Assembly: GCA_913045195.1 (NCBI GenBank)
Contig: CAJWQR010000001.1
Coordinates: 27,702 to 91,701, forward strand
DNA length: 64,000 bases
Direction: 5' to 3'
Source: an uncultured Legionellales bacterium
GTDB lineage: Bacteria > Pseudomonadota > Gammaproteobacteria > Eutrophobiales > Eutrophobiaceae
Of this stretch, positions 19,214 through 30,700 are shown one piece after another; position 1 is the stretch's first letter; each line of letters starts with the position of its first letter. The translations under genes and the position numbers were made by a program. The notes under the pieces are model-generated. The model made no database searches. It was given only the letters and a program-made list of their open reading frames with translations, and was not told where the DNA came from.

Positions 19214-21637
19214 ATGACTAGTTCTTTAGTAGTTGTCGAATCTCCTTCAAAATCTAAAACACTTGAAAGTTACCTAGGTAAAGATTTCAAAGTTTTAGCA
19301 TCCTATGGCCATGTTCGAGATCTTTTACCTAAAAAAGGCGCGGTTGATCCCGATAATAATTTTGCAATGATCTATGAGGCAATCGAAAGAAATGAGAAAG
19401 CTGTTAATGCAATTCAAAAAGCATTAAAAAAAGTTGACATACTCTATCTTGCAACTGACCCTGATAGAGAAGGTGAGGCAATTTCGTGGCATTTATATGA
19501 ATTGTTAAAAGAAAAAGGCTGCCTCAAAGACAAAGAAGTTCATCGAGTTGCATTTTATGAAGTAACAAAAAGCGCAGTACAAAATGCAATAAAAAATCCC
19601 AGAGAGTTATCATCAAATTTAATTGATGCTCAGCAAGCACGACGCGCTCTTGATTATCTTGTTGGGTTTAATTTGTCTCCATTGCTATGGAGAAAAATAC
19701 AAAAAGGGTTGTCGGCTGGACGTGTTCAGTCTCCCGCTTTAAGAATGATAGTTGAACGTGAAAAAGAGATAGATGATTTTAAGACTAGAGAGTATTGGTC
19801 TATTGAATCTGATTTGGAATTTAAGGGGTCTGAGTTTTTAGCAAAATTAACAGAATTTAATAATGAAAAAATCAAAAAATTTAGTATAGAAAAAACAAAG
19901 CAAGCATCTGATATAAAGTCGGTTCTTGAAAAACTGTCAGCAGGTGAGATGTTGGTTAAAAGTGTTACGAAAAAACAAAGAAAACGTCAACCCACCGCTC
20001 CTTTTATAACATCAACATTGCAACAAGAGGCAATAAGAAAATTAGGTTTCACTGCTCAATGGACAATGAGAATTGCGCAACAGTTGTATGAGGGGATTGA
20101 CATTGGCGAAGGCTCGGTAGGTTTAATCACATATATGCGAACGGATTCTGTGAACCTTGCTAAAGAAGCATTAACAGAAATACGTACTTTTATTTCGTCT
20201 CGTTACGGGAAAAATTCACTTCCAGAAGAAGCAAGAGTTTTTAAAACAAAATCTAAAAATGCACAAGAAGCTCACGAAGCTGTTCGCCCAACATCAGTTA
20301 CCAGAGTACCAAATGATATTAAAGATAGCTTAACTGATGAACAGTTTAAATTGTATGAACTAATTTGGAAAAGAACTATGGCGAGTCAAATGAAGCACGC
20401 CACTATTGATTCTGTTGCTGTTGATATGTCATGTGGCGATGGTAATTTATTCAGAGCAAATGGCTCATCTATTGCCGATCCTGGTTTTATGCAAGTTTAT
20501 CTTGAGGGTGTTGATGACTCAGAAAATAAAGAAGACGATGAGAAGATGCTACCTCAATTAAATGAAGGAGACAAAGTAAAACTAAAACAAATAAGAAGTG
20601 AACAACATTTTACAGAACCACCACCGCGATATTCAGAAGCATCTTTAGTTAAATCGTTGGAAGAATATGGCATTGGAAGACCTTCAACCTATGCCAATAT
20701 TATTTCGACCTTGAGAAACAGAGAGTATGTGGAAATAGAGAGTAAACGTTTTCATCCGACCGATGTTGGGAAGTTAGTAAATAATTTTCTTACAGCTCAT
20801 TTTAGTGATTATGTTGATTATGAATTTACAGCAAAACTTGAAGATGACTTAGATGCTATTTCTCGCGGAGAAAAAAAATGGATTCCGTTGATGAAGAATT
20901 TTTGGGAGTCTTTTTTCAATCAGATTAAAGACAAGGAGGAATCAGTTAGCAGGGAAGAGGCTATTCAAGCAAGAGTTCTAGGCAATCATCCAAAATCTGG
21001 TTTGGAAGTTTCAGTTCGCATGGGTCGTTATGGTCCTTACGCACAAATTGGCACTAAAGATGACGAAGACAAACCAAAGTTTGCCGGTTTACGTCGTGAA
21101 ATTAAAGACCCAGATAGCGGAGAAATAATACAACCAGCACAGAAATTAGATCAGATAACTCTTGAAGAAGCATTAGAGCTCTTTAAATTACCAAGATTGC
21201 TGGGCGAGACAAATGAAGGCGAAGAAGTTGCTGCTAGTGTAGGGCGTTTTGGCCCTTATATTCGTTATGGTAGTAAGTTTGTATCTTTAAAAAGAGAAGA
21301 TGATCCCTACATTGTTACGTTTGAGCGTGCACTTGAATTAATAGTCGAAAAGAAAAAAGCTGATGCTGAAAAACAAATTAAGCTCTTTGAAGAAGAAGGT
21401 ATCTCCATTTTAAATGGACGTTATGGTCCTTATGTTACTAATGGAAAGAAGAATGCAAAAGTACCAAAAGATATAGAACCTATTAAGCTGAGTCTTGAGG
21501 AATCAATTGCTCTTTTAGAAGCAGCTCCAGCCAGGGGCACACGCGGGCGCAAAAAAAAGACAAAAGCAACATCGAAAAAGAAATCCATGCCCAAGAAAAA
21601 ACGTTCTGTTTCAAAAGAGTTAAAGGCTGAAGGATAA
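19214..21637 (+). CDS. topA: DNA topoisomerase I (C-terminal repeat type, no zinc ribbons)
   Basis: VVESPSK, ATDPDREGE, SAGRVQS, GLITYMRTDS, GIGRPSTY; three GRYGPY-type repeats and a basic tail. Confidence 0.98.
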   Translation: MTSSLVVVESPSKSKTLESYLGKDFKVLASYGHVRDLLPKKGAVDPDNNFAMIYEAIERNEKAVNAIQKALKKVDILYLATDPDREGEAISWHLYELLKEKGCLKDKEVHRVAFYEVTKSAVQNAIKNPRELSSNLIDAQQARRALDYLVGFNLSPLLWRKIQKGLSAGRVQSPALRMIVEREKEIDDFKTREYWSIESDLEFKGSEFLAKLTEFNNEKIKKFSIEKTKQASDIKSVLEKLSAGEMLVKSVTKKQRKRQPTAPFITSTLQQEAIRKLGFTAQWTMRIAQQLYEGIDIGEGSVGLITYMRTDSVNLAKEALTEIRTFISSRYGKNSLPEEARVFKTKSKNAQEAHEAVRPTSVTRVPNDIKDSLTDEQFKLYELIWKRTMASQMKHATIDSVAVDMSCGDGNLFRANGSSIADPGFMQVYLEGVDDSENKEDDEKMLPQLNEGDKVKLKQIRSEQHFTEPPPRYSEASLVKSLEEYGIGRPSTYANIISTLRNREYVEIESKRFHPTDVGKLVNNFLTAHFSDYVDYEFTAKLEDDLDAISRGEKKWIPLMKNFWESFFNQIKDKEESVSREEAIQARVLGNHPKSGLEVSVRMGRYGPYAQIGTKDDEDKPKFAGLRREIKDPDSGEIIQPAQKLDQITLEEALELFKLPRLLGETNEGEEVAASVGRFGPYIRYGSKFVSLKREDDPYIVTFERALELIVEKKKADAEKQIKLFEEEGISILNGRYGPYVTNGKKNAKVPKDIEPIKLSLEESIALLEAAPARGTRGRKKKTKATSKKKSMPKKKRSVSKELKAEG

Positions 21638-21664
21638 GGAATCTCTGCCTGACTGTAGAAATTT

Positions 21665-22219
21665 ATGAATAAACTGCATGTGCAGAAAGCTATCCATATT
21701 TGTGAAGCGGGAGGAGTCATCGCATATCCCACTGAGGCCGTGTTTGGTTTGGGATGCATCCCTACTTATGAGCATTCCGTTCGCAGAATTCTAAGATTAA
21801 AACGACGATCTATTAGGAAAGGCTTGATTTTAGTAGCTGCGAATATTGCTCAACTTGATGAATTTGTTGATTTTTCAAAGATTAAAAATTTAAGAGTGAT
21901 TTATGATAGTTGGCCGGGCCCAGTAACTTGGCTGATTCCAGCAAAACAAATGACCCCTTCTTGGTTGACGGGTATTCATAAAACACTAGGGGTGCGGGTT
22001 AGTTCTAATCAATTAGTTAAATCACTTTGCGAGGAATTAGGCCCTATTGTTTCAACAAGCGCAAACCCAAAAAATGCCTGTCCAGCAAAGTCTTCTTGGC
22101 GTGTACGTTCTTATTTTCATAGGGGAATTGATTATGTAATACCTGCTAGCATTACGAATAATAGCAATCCTAGCGAAATTAGAGATGCTCAAAACGGAAA
22201 TATTTTACGCTCAGGTTAA
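21665..22219 (+). CDS. tsaC: L-threonylcarbamoyladenylate synthase (YrdC/Sua5)
   Basis: GGVIAYPTEAVFGLGC, KGLILVA, WPGPVTW, STSAN, PSEIRD. Confidence 0.95.
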   Translation: MNKLHVQKAIHICEAGGVIAYPTEAVFGLGCIPTYEHSVRRILRLKRRSIRKGLILVAANIAQLDEFVDFSKIKNLRVIYDSWPGPVTWLIPAKQMTPSWLTGIHKTLGVRVSSNQLVKSLCEELGPIVSTSANPKNACPAKSSWRVRSYFHRGIDYVIPASITNNSNPSEIRDAQNGNILRSG

Positions 22220-22238
22220 ATTATTGATAATAGGGATA

Positions 22239-22267
22239 TTGACAGTGGTTAACGATTATTCGAGAAT
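22239..22267 (+). promoter_or_regulatory. Probable sigma70 promoter of the tRNA-tuf operon
   Basis: TTGACA-17 bp-GAGAAT followed by a GC-rich discriminator, 18 nt before tRNA-Tyr. Confidence 0.7.
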
Positions 22268-22285
22268 GGTCGGCTTGGATTTTTT

Positions 22286-22370
22286 GGAGGGGTACCCAAG
22301 CGGTCAACGGGGGCAGACTGTAAATCTGTTGGCTCAGCCTTCGTAGGTTCGAATCCTACCCCCTCCACCA
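22286..22370 (+). tRNA. tRNA-Tyr(GTA)
   Basis: GGAGGGG acceptor pairs with CCCCTCC-ACCA, anticodon loop CT-GTA-AA, long variable arm, GTTCGAATC. Confidence 0.98.
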
Positions 22371-22530
22371 GAATGATTTTGTTTCGTTAGGGATCGGATT
22401 TGGGTATTGAATTGTAATAATTAACTAACAAATAAGGAATGTTGAATAACCCGCCAAATTAAAGAATAAAGAATGGATTGAAGTTTCGAGTAGGTGTTGG
22501 TTGGAAATGGGTAATCTTATGTATGCATAG

Positions 22531-22604
<74 letters not shown>

Positions 22605-22688
22605 AACAAAGTATGATTTAGTATTGGATTGTTGATTAAGTGTTTTTTTTGACTAGAATTTTTAAGTTGTAGCGAAAACAGGATTATT

Positions 22689-22764
<76 letters not shown>

Positions 22765-22833
22765 CTTTATGAATATAATATTTAGTTTTTTGAATCATAT
22801 TGTTAAGTTAAATGAAAATGAGGTGTAACTCTA

Positions 22834-24024
22834 ATGTCTAAGGAAAAATTTGAACGCACGAAGCCGCATGTGAATGTAGGAACAATTGGCCATGTTGATC
22901 ATGGTAAAACGACCTTGACGGCGGCGATTACAAAGACAATGTCTGATAAGCACGGAGGCGAATTTAAAGCCTACGATCAAATTGATAATGCGCCAGAAGA
23001 ACGGGAACGCGGGATTACAATTGCTACAGCACATGTTGAATATGAGAGTGACACTCGACATTATGCTCATGTTGATTGCCCAGGCCATGCTGATTATGTA
23101 AAAAACATGATTACTGGGGCAGCGCAAATGGATGGTGCAATATTGGTTTGTAGTGCAGCGGACGGACCAATGCCACAAACACGCGAACATATTCTTTTGT
23201 CAAAACAGGTGGGTGTGCCATTCATTATTGTATATCTAAATAAGGCTGATCAGGTTGATGATGCAGAATTATTAGAATTGGTTGAGATGGAAGTACGAGA
23301 GCTTTTGGATTCTTATGAATTTCCTGGCGATAAAACTCCGATTATCACAGGTTCTGCGCTTAAAGCCTTAGAGGGAGATACTTCCGATATTGGAATTCCA
23401 TCAATTGAAAAATTAGTAGCAGAGATGGATGGTTACATTCCGGTACCAGAACGTCCTGTTGACCAACCATTTTTAATGCCAATTGAAGATGTTTTCTCAA
23501 TTTCAGGGCGCGGTACTGTCGTTACTGGTCGAGTTGAGCGTGGCGTTGTAAAAGTGAATGAAGACATTGAAATTGTCGGGATTAAAGACACACAAAAGAC
23601 CACATGTACTGGCGTGGAAATGTTCCGCAAATTACTTGATGAAGGTCAAGCAGGCGACAACGTAGGTGTATTATTACGCGGAACCAAACGCGAAGAGGTT
23701 GAGCGTGGTCAAGTTCTATGCAAACCAGGTTCAATTACGCCACATACTCACTTTGAGGCAGAAGTTTATGTCTTAAGTAAAGATGAAGGCGGTAGACATA
23801 CACCATTTTTTGCTAATTATCGGCCACAGTTTTATTTCCGGACTACAGATGTGACAGGCGCCGTTGAGTTACCATCAGGGACAGAAATGGTCATGCCTGG
23901 TGATAACATCAAGATAAAGGTAAAACTAATAGCCCCAATTGCGATGGAAGATAACTTACGTTTTGCAATAAGAGAAGGAGGCCGTACCGTAGGTGCGGGC
24001 GTTGTCTCTAAAATTATTGAGTAA
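22834..24024 (+). CDS. tuf: Elongation factor Tu
   Basis: [36 protein letters not shown]. Confidence 0.99.
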   Translation: MSKEKFERTKPHVNVGTIGHVDHGKTTLTAAITKTMSDKHGGEFKAYDQIDNAPEERERGITIATAHVEYESDTRHYAHVDCPGHADYVKNMITGAAQMDGAILVCSAADGPMPQTREHILLSKQVGVPFIIVYLNKADQVDDAELLELVEMEVRELLDSYEFPGDKTPIITGSALKALEGDTSDIGIPSIEKLVAEMDGYIPVPERPVDQPFLMPIEDVFSISGRGTVVTGRVERGVVKVNEDIEIVGIKDTQKTTCTGVEMFRKLLDEGQAGDNVGVLLRGTKREEVERGQVLCKPGSITPHTHFEAEVYVLSKDEGGRHTPFFANYRPQFYFRTTDVTGAVELPSGTEMVMPGDNIKIKVKLIAPIAMEDNLRFAIREGGRTVGAGVVSKIIE

Positions 24025-24053
24025 ATAGAGGTAGCTTATTTTAAATATTAAAT

Positions 24054-24129
24054 AGGCCAGTAGCTCAATTGGCAGAGCGGCGGTCTCCAAAACCGCAGGT
24101 TGGGGGTTCGATTCCCTCCTGGCCTGCCA
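24054..24129 (+). tRNA. tRNA-Trp(CCA)
   Basis: AGGCCAG/CTGGCCT-GCCA, GCGGT-CT-CCA-AA-ACCGC, GTTCGATTCC; usual tuf-trp-secE position. Confidence 0.98.
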
Positions 24130-24174
24130 TTTGAAACACTATTTATATTGATTAAGGACTAAATTAATTAGTTT

Positions 24175-24552
24175 ATGAATTCGGATATAGAAGCCAGTAA
24201 CGAAAAATTGGATACATTTAAGCTTGGATTAGCGCTATTAATTGTAATAGCCGATTTGGTCGGTTTTTATGTATACACTGATTACTCGTTGTTATTTAGA
24301 GTTATCGCTTTACTTGCAGGCGGCGGCATTAGTATTGCAATAGCCTTACAAACTGCAAAAGGACGGCAAATATGGAGCTATTTCCATGATGCTCAAATTG
24401 AAGTACGCAAGGTTGTATGGCCGACGAGACAGGAGACGATACAAACAACCTTAATAGTTGTAGTAATGGTTATTTTAGTTGCAATTATACTTTGGTTATT
24501 AGATATGTTTCTGGGTTGGTCAATTGGTTTATTGATGGGGCATGGTAGCTAA
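24175..24552 (+). CDS. secE: Preprotein translocase subunit SecE (3-TM type)
   Basis: EVRKVVWPTRQET motif, three hydrophobic segments. Confidence 0.97.
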   Translation: MNSDIEASNEKLDTFKLGLALLIVIADLVGFYVYTDYSLLFRVIALLAGGGISIAIALQTAKGRQIWSYFHDAQIEVRKVVWPTRQETIQTTLIVVVMVILVAIILWLLDMFLGWSIGLLMGHGS

Positions 24553-24555
24553 CTT

Positions 24556-25089
24556 ATGACTCAGAAATGGTATGTAGTTCACGCGTACTCTGGCTTTGAA
24601 AATCAAGTAAGGCGGACTTTACAGGAAAGAATTGAAGATAGCGGTCTTAATGATATGTTTGCAGAAATTCTCGTGCCAACGGAGGAAGTGGTTGAGATGC
24701 GAGATGGTAAAAAACGTAAAAGTGATCGGAAGTTCTTCCCGGGCTATGTTTTAGTAAAAATGGAAATGAACGAAGATACATGGCATTTAGTAAAAGAAGC
24801 ACCGAAAGTACTTGGTTTCATTGGTGGCACAAGCGATAAACCAGCTCCGATAACAGATAAAGAGGCCGATGCAATTTTACAGCGGGTTGAAGAAGGTGTT
24901 GACAAACCGAGACCTAAAATTTTATTCGAACCAGGAGAGGTTGTTAGGGTTAAAGAAGGCCCTTTTACTGACTTTAATGGTGTTGTTGAAGAAGTGAATT
25001 ATGAAAAAAGTCGTTTAAGAGTATCCGTTTTAATTTTTGGGCGTTCTACACCAGTTGAACTTGAATTTGGACAAGTTGAAAAAGAATAA
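24556..25089 (+). CDS. nusG: Transcription termination/antitermination factor NusG
   Basis: [39 protein letters not shown]. Confidence 0.99.
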   Translation: MTQKWYVVHAYSGFENQVRRTLQERIEDSGLNDMFAEILVPTEEVVEMRDGKKRKSDRKFFPGYVLVKMEMNEDTWHLVKEAPKVLGFIGGTSDKPAPITDKEADAILQRVEEGVDKPRPKILFEPGEVVRVKEGPFTDFNGVVEEVNYEKSRLRVSVLIFGRSTPVELEFGQVEKE

Positions 25090-25110
25090 TTTTTAAATTG
25101 AGTTTTATTT

Positions 25111-25147
25111 TAAAGTAATCAATTAAGATTAATTACTTTATGTTTTT
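25111..25147 (+). terminator. Possible intrinsic terminator after nusG
   Basis: TAAAGTAAT..ATTACTTTA inverted repeat followed by TGTTTTT; AT-only stem so weak. Confidence 0.4.
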
Positions 25148-25150
25148 GAG

Positions 25151-25180
25151 ACAAGGGGAGCCGAAAGGCGCTTGTACCCG
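25151..25180 (+). promoter_or_regulatory. uL1-binding translational operator in rplK leader
   Basis: ACAAG-GGGA-GCC-GAAA-GGC-G-CTTGT-ACCC hairpin resembling the GGGGAGCC..GGCG..ACCC L1 site, directly before the rplK RBS. Confidence 0.8.
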
Positions 25181-25197
25181 TATAAGGATAGTAAGTG

Positions 25198-25638
25198 ATG
25201 GCTAAGAAAATTCAGAGTTACATAAAGTTACAGGTGCCTGCTGGACAGGCAAATCCAAGCCCCCCTGTAGGACCAGCCTTAGGCCAGCATGGCCTAAATA
25301 TTATGGAGTTTTGTAAAGCATTTAATGCTCAAACGCAAAATGTGGAACCAGGATTACCCGTGCCTGTAATTATCACCGTTTATTCCGACAAGAGTTTTAC
25401 TTTTGTTAGCAAAACTACCCCAGCCTCTATACTTTTAAAAAAGGCGGCGGGGATCAAAAGTGGTAGCGGTACACCAAATAGTAATAAAGTTGGTAAAGTG
25501 AATAGGTCACAGCTCGAAGAAATTGCTAAAACAAAAGAACCCGATTTAACGGCAGCTAGTGTTGATGCGGCTGTAAGAACAATAGCGGGAACTGCTCGTA
25601 GTATGGGTATCGAAACTGATATTAAGGCGAAATCATAG
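25198..25638 (+). CDS. rplK: 50S ribosomal protein uL11
   Basis: [23 protein letters not shown]. Confidence 0.99.
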   Translation: MAKKIQSYIKLQVPAGQANPSPPVGPALGQHGLNIMEFCKAFNAQTQNVEPGLPVPVIITVYSDKSFTFVSKTTPASILLKKAAGIKSGSGTPNSNKVGKVNRSQLEEIAKTKEPDLTAASVDAAVRTIAGTARSMGIETDIKAKS

Positions 25639-26333
25639 TGGCTAAATTATCTAAACGTATTCATGTTTTTCAGGATAAAGTCGAAAAAGGCAAATATTAT
25701 TCTGTTCAAGATGCCGTGAATTTACTAAAAGAAGTTTCATCGGTAAAATTTGATGAGTCAGTTGAAGTTGCAGTTAACTTGGGAGTTGATGCACGCAAAT
25801 CAGACCAACAGGTACGTGGTTCAACCGTCTTACCAAAAGGAACTGGGAAAACTGTCAGAGTTGCGGTATTCGCAGAAGGTGAAAATGCAAAGATAGCTAA
25901 AGCAGCCGGGGCAGATACGGTAGGTTTTGAAGACCTAGCGAAGGCAATGCAGGAAGGGGACATCAATTACGGTGTTGTGATAGCTACACCTGACGCAATG
26001 CCGATTGTTGGTAAGCTCGGCAAGGCTTTAGGTCCTCGCGGTTTAATGCCAAATCCAAAGGTTGGCACAGTAACTAAGGATGTTGAACAAGCAGTTAAAA
26101 ATGCGAAGGGCGGACAGGTACGTTATAGAACTGATAAGAATGGCATTATTCACTGCGTAATAGGCAAGGTTTCTTTTGATTCTGATTCATTAATCGAAAA
26201 TTTACATACACTATTAACGGATTTGGTAAAAATAAAACCAAGTAGCGCTAAAGGCGCTTATCTAAAAAAATTAAGTTTATCAACAACGATGGGTCCTGGT
26301 TTATTGATAGATCAGGCTAGTTTATCAATTTAA
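25638..26333 (+). CDS. rplA: 50S ribosomal protein uL1
   Basis: [33 protein letters not shown] start overlapping the rplK TAG. Confidence 0.99.
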   Translation: MAKLSKRIHVFQDKVEKGKYYSVQDAVNLLKEVSSVKFDESVEVAVNLGVDARKSDQQVRGSTVLPKGTGKTVRVAVFAEGENAKIAKAAGADTVGFEDLAKAMQEGDINYGVVIATPDAMPIVGKLGKALGPRGLMPNPKVGTVTKDVEQAVKNAKGGQVRYRTDKNGIIHCVIGKVSFDSDSLIENLHTLLTDLVKIKPSSAKGAYLKKLSLSTTMGPGLLIDQASLSI

Positions 26334-26444
26334 ATAATAAGGCTGAATTAAACGATTTGTGGAGAATTATAAACGCTACTCGAAATTAGTTTTTTATTGG
26401 TAGTGTTTTTTTAAAGACTTTGTGATTGGTAGTTAACTACCAGA

Positions 26445-26512
26445 CGTCAAAGACCGTGGGCGACATTCTTTTTTAGATGTCTTAATGGAATTAAACTTTG
26501 CCCACGCAGGCG
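26445..26512 (+). promoter_or_regulatory. L10 leader (rplJL autoregulatory RNA)
   Basis: CGTC-AAAGAC-CGTGGGC...CTTAA...GCCCACG-CAGGCG matches the L10-leader kink-turn architecture upstream of rplJ. Confidence 0.85.
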
Positions 26513-26647
26513 GTGTTAGCAGATAACAGGATAATTTTATTTGTCACCGTAAACCGTCTATTTGGGAGTTATTTTTGAATAGATTATTAAATCAATGTAT
26601 GCAGTTCAGATTATGCGTATATGAATTTGTAACAAAGGAGGCGAAGA

Positions 26648-27166
26648 GTGGGTCTTACTCTTGATGCAAAAAAAGCAATTATCGAAGAGGTGAATAGTAT
26701 TGCTACAGAAGCTCCTTCTGCGATCGCGGCCGAGTATATTGGTTTAACAGTGACTGAAATGACTGAACTGCGTAATGCAGCACGCGAAGCAGGAGTTTAC
26801 CTAAAGGTGGTGCGTAATACTCTTGCACGTCGAGCGCTAGAAAATACTCAATTTGAGTGTATGCGCAATAACTTAGTCGGACCATTACTATTAGTATTTT
26901 CAAATAATGAACCTGGAAGTGCAGCGAAAGTTGTTCGCAATTTTGCAAAAGACAATAAAAAACTCGCGGTTAAGCTTATTTCTTTAGATGGAAATCTTTT
27001 AGAGCTATCTGAAATTTCTAAACTTGCAAGTTTGCCATCACTTGATGAGGCACGCGCTACGTTACTTGGGTTATTTAACTCACCACTTACTAAATTTGTT
27101 CGTACCCTATCAGAGCCCACTGCAAAATTTGCAAGAGCGCTTGGTGCGCAACGCGACAAACAGTAG
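26648..27166 (+). CDS. rplJ: 50S ribosomal protein uL10
   Basis: GLTV.EMTELR, VVRNTLARRA, LASLPS; GGAGG RBS, GTG start. Confidence 0.98.
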   Translation: MGLTLDAKKAIIEEVNSIATEAPSAIAAEYIGLTVTEMTELRNAAREAGVYLKVVRNTLARRALENTQFECMRNNLVGPLLLVFSNNEPGSAAKVVRNFAKDNKKLAVKLISLDGNLLELSEISKLASLPSLDEARATLLGLFNSPLTKFVRTLSEPTAKFARALGAQRDKQ

Positions 27167-27223
27167 GTGATGTGAGAAATATGTATAACAGAATTTAGTA
27201 TTTTTTATTGGAGGATTATCAAA

Positions 27224-27604
27224 ATGGCAGTTTCTCGTGAAGAAATTAAAGAAGCGCTCGGCAAGATGCCGGTGCTTGAACTTGTCGATCTTATCAAAGA
27301 ACTCGAAGATGAATGGGGTGTATCAGCGGCAGCACCAGTGGCTGTTGCGGCCACACCTGTAGCCGGCGAAAGTGCTGGAGCGGAAGAAGCAAAAACTGAG
27401 TTTGATGTCATATTATCAAGTATGGGCGACAACAAGGTTGGTGTAATTAAAGCAGTTAGAGCGACAACGGGTCTTGGTCTTAAAGAAGCAAAAGAACTTG
27501 TTGAGGGAGCACCTGCAACCGTAAAAGAAGCCGTGGGCAAAGAAGAGGCAGAGGATATTAAAAAACAGCTAGAAGAAGCTGGTGCGTCGGCTGAACTAAA
27601 ATAG
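27224..27604 (+). CDS. rplL: 50S ribosomal protein bL12
   Basis: [27 protein letters not shown]. Confidence 0.99.
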   Translation: MAVSREEIKEALGKMPVLELVDLIKELEDEWGVSAAAPVAVAATPVAGESAGAEEAKTEFDVILSSMGDNKVGVIKAVRATTGLGLKEAKELVEGAPATVKEAVGKEEAEDIKKQLEEAGASAELK

Positions 27605-27640
27605 TTTTAATTGTTAAAGCTCAACAAAACAAAAAATTGA

Positions 27641-27672
27641 AACGGGGCTCACATAGCACCCGTTGGTTTTTT
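27641..27672 (+). terminator. rplL-rpoB attenuator/terminator hairpin
   Basis: AACGGG-GCT..AGC-A-CCCGTT stem followed by GGTTTTTT between rplL and rpoB. Confidence 0.6.
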
Positions 27673-27715
27673 GCGTGCATCGATATTATAAAGCAAACAC
27701 TAACGAGGAAATCTA

Positions 27716-30700
27716 ATGGTCTATTCATACACTGAAAAGAAGCGTATTCGAAAGGATTTTGGGAAGCGTCCCAGTATACTCGAGGTACCTTATTTGGTTG
27801 AGACCCAACTTGCGTCATTTGGACAATTTTTACAAGCCGACATAGACCCGGATAAAAGAAAAGATAATGGGCTTCAGGCAGCATTCAAATCTGTTTTCCC
27901 AATCGTCAGTTTCTCAGGCAATGCAGCACTAGAATACGTTAGTTATAAGCTAGGTAATCCGGTGTTCGATGTTAAAGAATGCCAACTTAGAGGTTTGACC
28001 TATGCTGCGCCATTACGAGTTAGTGTGCGTCTTGTAATTTATGATAAGGAAGCTGGACTAAATAATAAAGTTGTAAAAGATATAAAAGAGCAGGAAGTCT
28101 ACATGGGTGAGATGCCTTTGATGACCGATACAGGTACTTTTGTTATTAATGGAACGGAACGTGTGATTGTTTCTCAGATGCATCGTTCACCAGGTGTTTT
28201 TTTCGAACATGATAAAGGAAAAACACATTCATCAGGAAAATTGCTTTATTCAGCCCGTGTTATACCTTACCGTGGTTCATGGTTAGATTTTGAATTTGAC
28301 GCAAAGGATCTGGTTTATTGCAGAATTGATAGACGGCGTAAAATTCACGCTACTATTTTATTGCGCGCATTAGGCTATACCACTGAAGAAATTCTTAATT
28401 TTTTCTTTGATACTGATACTTTCGAAATATCGACTAAAGGCGTAAAGAATACTATTGATGAAGAAACAGGAGAAATTGAATTTGGAGATATCACTTTTCA
28501 TTTGATTCCTGAACGCCTACGCGGACAAACAGCAGCTTTCGAAATAAAGAATAAAAGAACAGTTATTGTCGAAAGAGATCGTCGTATTACAGCCCGTCAT
28601 ATTAAACTAATTGAGAAGGCAGGATTGACCTCTTTAACTATCCCTGCTGATTATCTAATTGGCAAAGTAATAGCCAAAGATATTATTGACGAAGAAACAG
28701 GAGAAATTGAATATTCTGCGAACCATGAAATTACAGAAGAATCATTAGAGGGGATTCTTAGTCATCCTGGGCAAAAAATTGAAACAATTTATACGAATGA
28801 TTTAGATAATGGTTCTTTTATTGCGGATACATTAAGAGAAGACTCCACAACAAATCAGCTAGAAGCGCAAGTCGAGATTTATCGTATGATGCGACCAGGT
28901 GAGCCACCAACAAAAGATGCTGCTGAAAATTTATTCAAAAATTTATTTTTTAACCCCGACCGTTACGATCTATCAGCTGTAGGCAGAATGAAATTTAATA
29001 GACGAGTAGGCGCTAAAGATATTACTGGTGAAGGGATATTATCAAATCAAGATATTATTGATGTGTTGAGAGTGTTGATTGATATACGAAATGGGAAAGG
29101 AACTATAGATGATATTGACCATCTTGGTAACCGTCGTATCAGAAGCGTTGGCGAAATGGCAGAAAATCAATTTCGTGTTGGACTTGTTAGAGTTGAACGC
29201 GCGGTAAAGGATCGATTAAGTCTTGCTGAATCAGAAGGTTTGCTCCCACAAGAAATAATTAATGCGAAACCTGTAGCAGCTGTTATAAAAGAATTTTTTG
29301 GTTCAAGTCAATTATCCCAATTTATGGATCAAAATAATCCCTTATCAGAAATTACTCATAAGCGACGAATTTCTGCGCTTGGCCCTGGAGGCTTAACACG
29401 AGAACGCGCTGGATTTGAGGTTCGTGATGTCCATCCAACACATTATGGTCGTGTTTGTCCAATTGAAACACCCGAAGGCCCAAATATAGGATTGATAAAT
29501 TCTTTAGCTGTCTATGCGAGAACAAATGAATATGGTTTTCTAGAAACACCATATCGAAAAGTTTTAGATGGAATAGTAAATGATGAGATCGAATTTTTAT
29601 CAGCTATTGAAGAGGGTGATTTTATGATAGCACAGGCAAGTGCGACCATAGATGAAAAGGGAAAATTGGTTGATGAACTTGTCTCTTGTCGATATAAAAA
29701 TGAGTTTACGATGTCCACCCCCGATAAAATAAATTTTATGGATGTCTCACCTAGGCAAATAGTTTCAGTTGCTGCGTCGTTAATACCATTTTTAGAACAT
29801 GATGATGCTAATCGCGCCTTAATGGGGTCCAATATGCAGAGACAAGCAGTACCAACACTGCGTACGGATACTCCATTGGTTGGCACTGGTATGGAAAGAA
29901 GAGTTGCAATTGATTCTGGTGTAACTGTGATTTCTGTTCGAGGAGGTATCGTTGATTCAGTTGATGCCAGCAGAATCGTAGTTCGTGTTAATGATAAAGA
30001 AACAATAGAAGGGGAACCCGGTGTCGATATTTATAATCTAACTAAATATACACGTTCAAATCAGAACACATGCATTAACCAAAAACCTTTAGTTAAGCCT
30101 GGAGACAAGATCGAAAAAGGCGACGTATTAGCAGACGGTCCGTCGACAGATAAGGGAGAATTGGCGCTAGGACAAAATATGCTAGTAGCTTTTATGCCGT
30201 GGAATGGTTATAACTTTGAAGATTCTATCTTATTGTCAGAACGATTAGTTAAAGAAGATCGTTTCACAACAATACATATTGAGGAGTTAACCTGTGTGGC
30301 TCGTGATACGAAACTTGGTTCAGAGGAAATTTCTTCTGATATTCCAAATGTTAGCGAAAGCGCTCTTAATAAGCTTGATGAGTCAGGAATTGTTTTCATT
30401 GGTGCCGAGGTAAACGTTGGAGATATTCTGGTTGGCAAGGTAACACCAAAAGGAGAGACTCAGCTTACTCCTGAAGAAAAATTGTTACGTGCTATCTTTG
30501 GAGAGAAAGCATCAGATGTTAAAGATACATCTCTACGTGTTCCTTCAGGCATGAACGGTACCGTCATTGACGTTCAAGTTTTTACTCGGGATGGCGTTGA
30601 AAAAGATACTCGCGCACTTGAAATTGAAGAATCAGAGTTAAATAGTGTAAGGAAAGATTTAAATGATCAATTAAGGATAATGTCTGATGGAGTTTATCAG

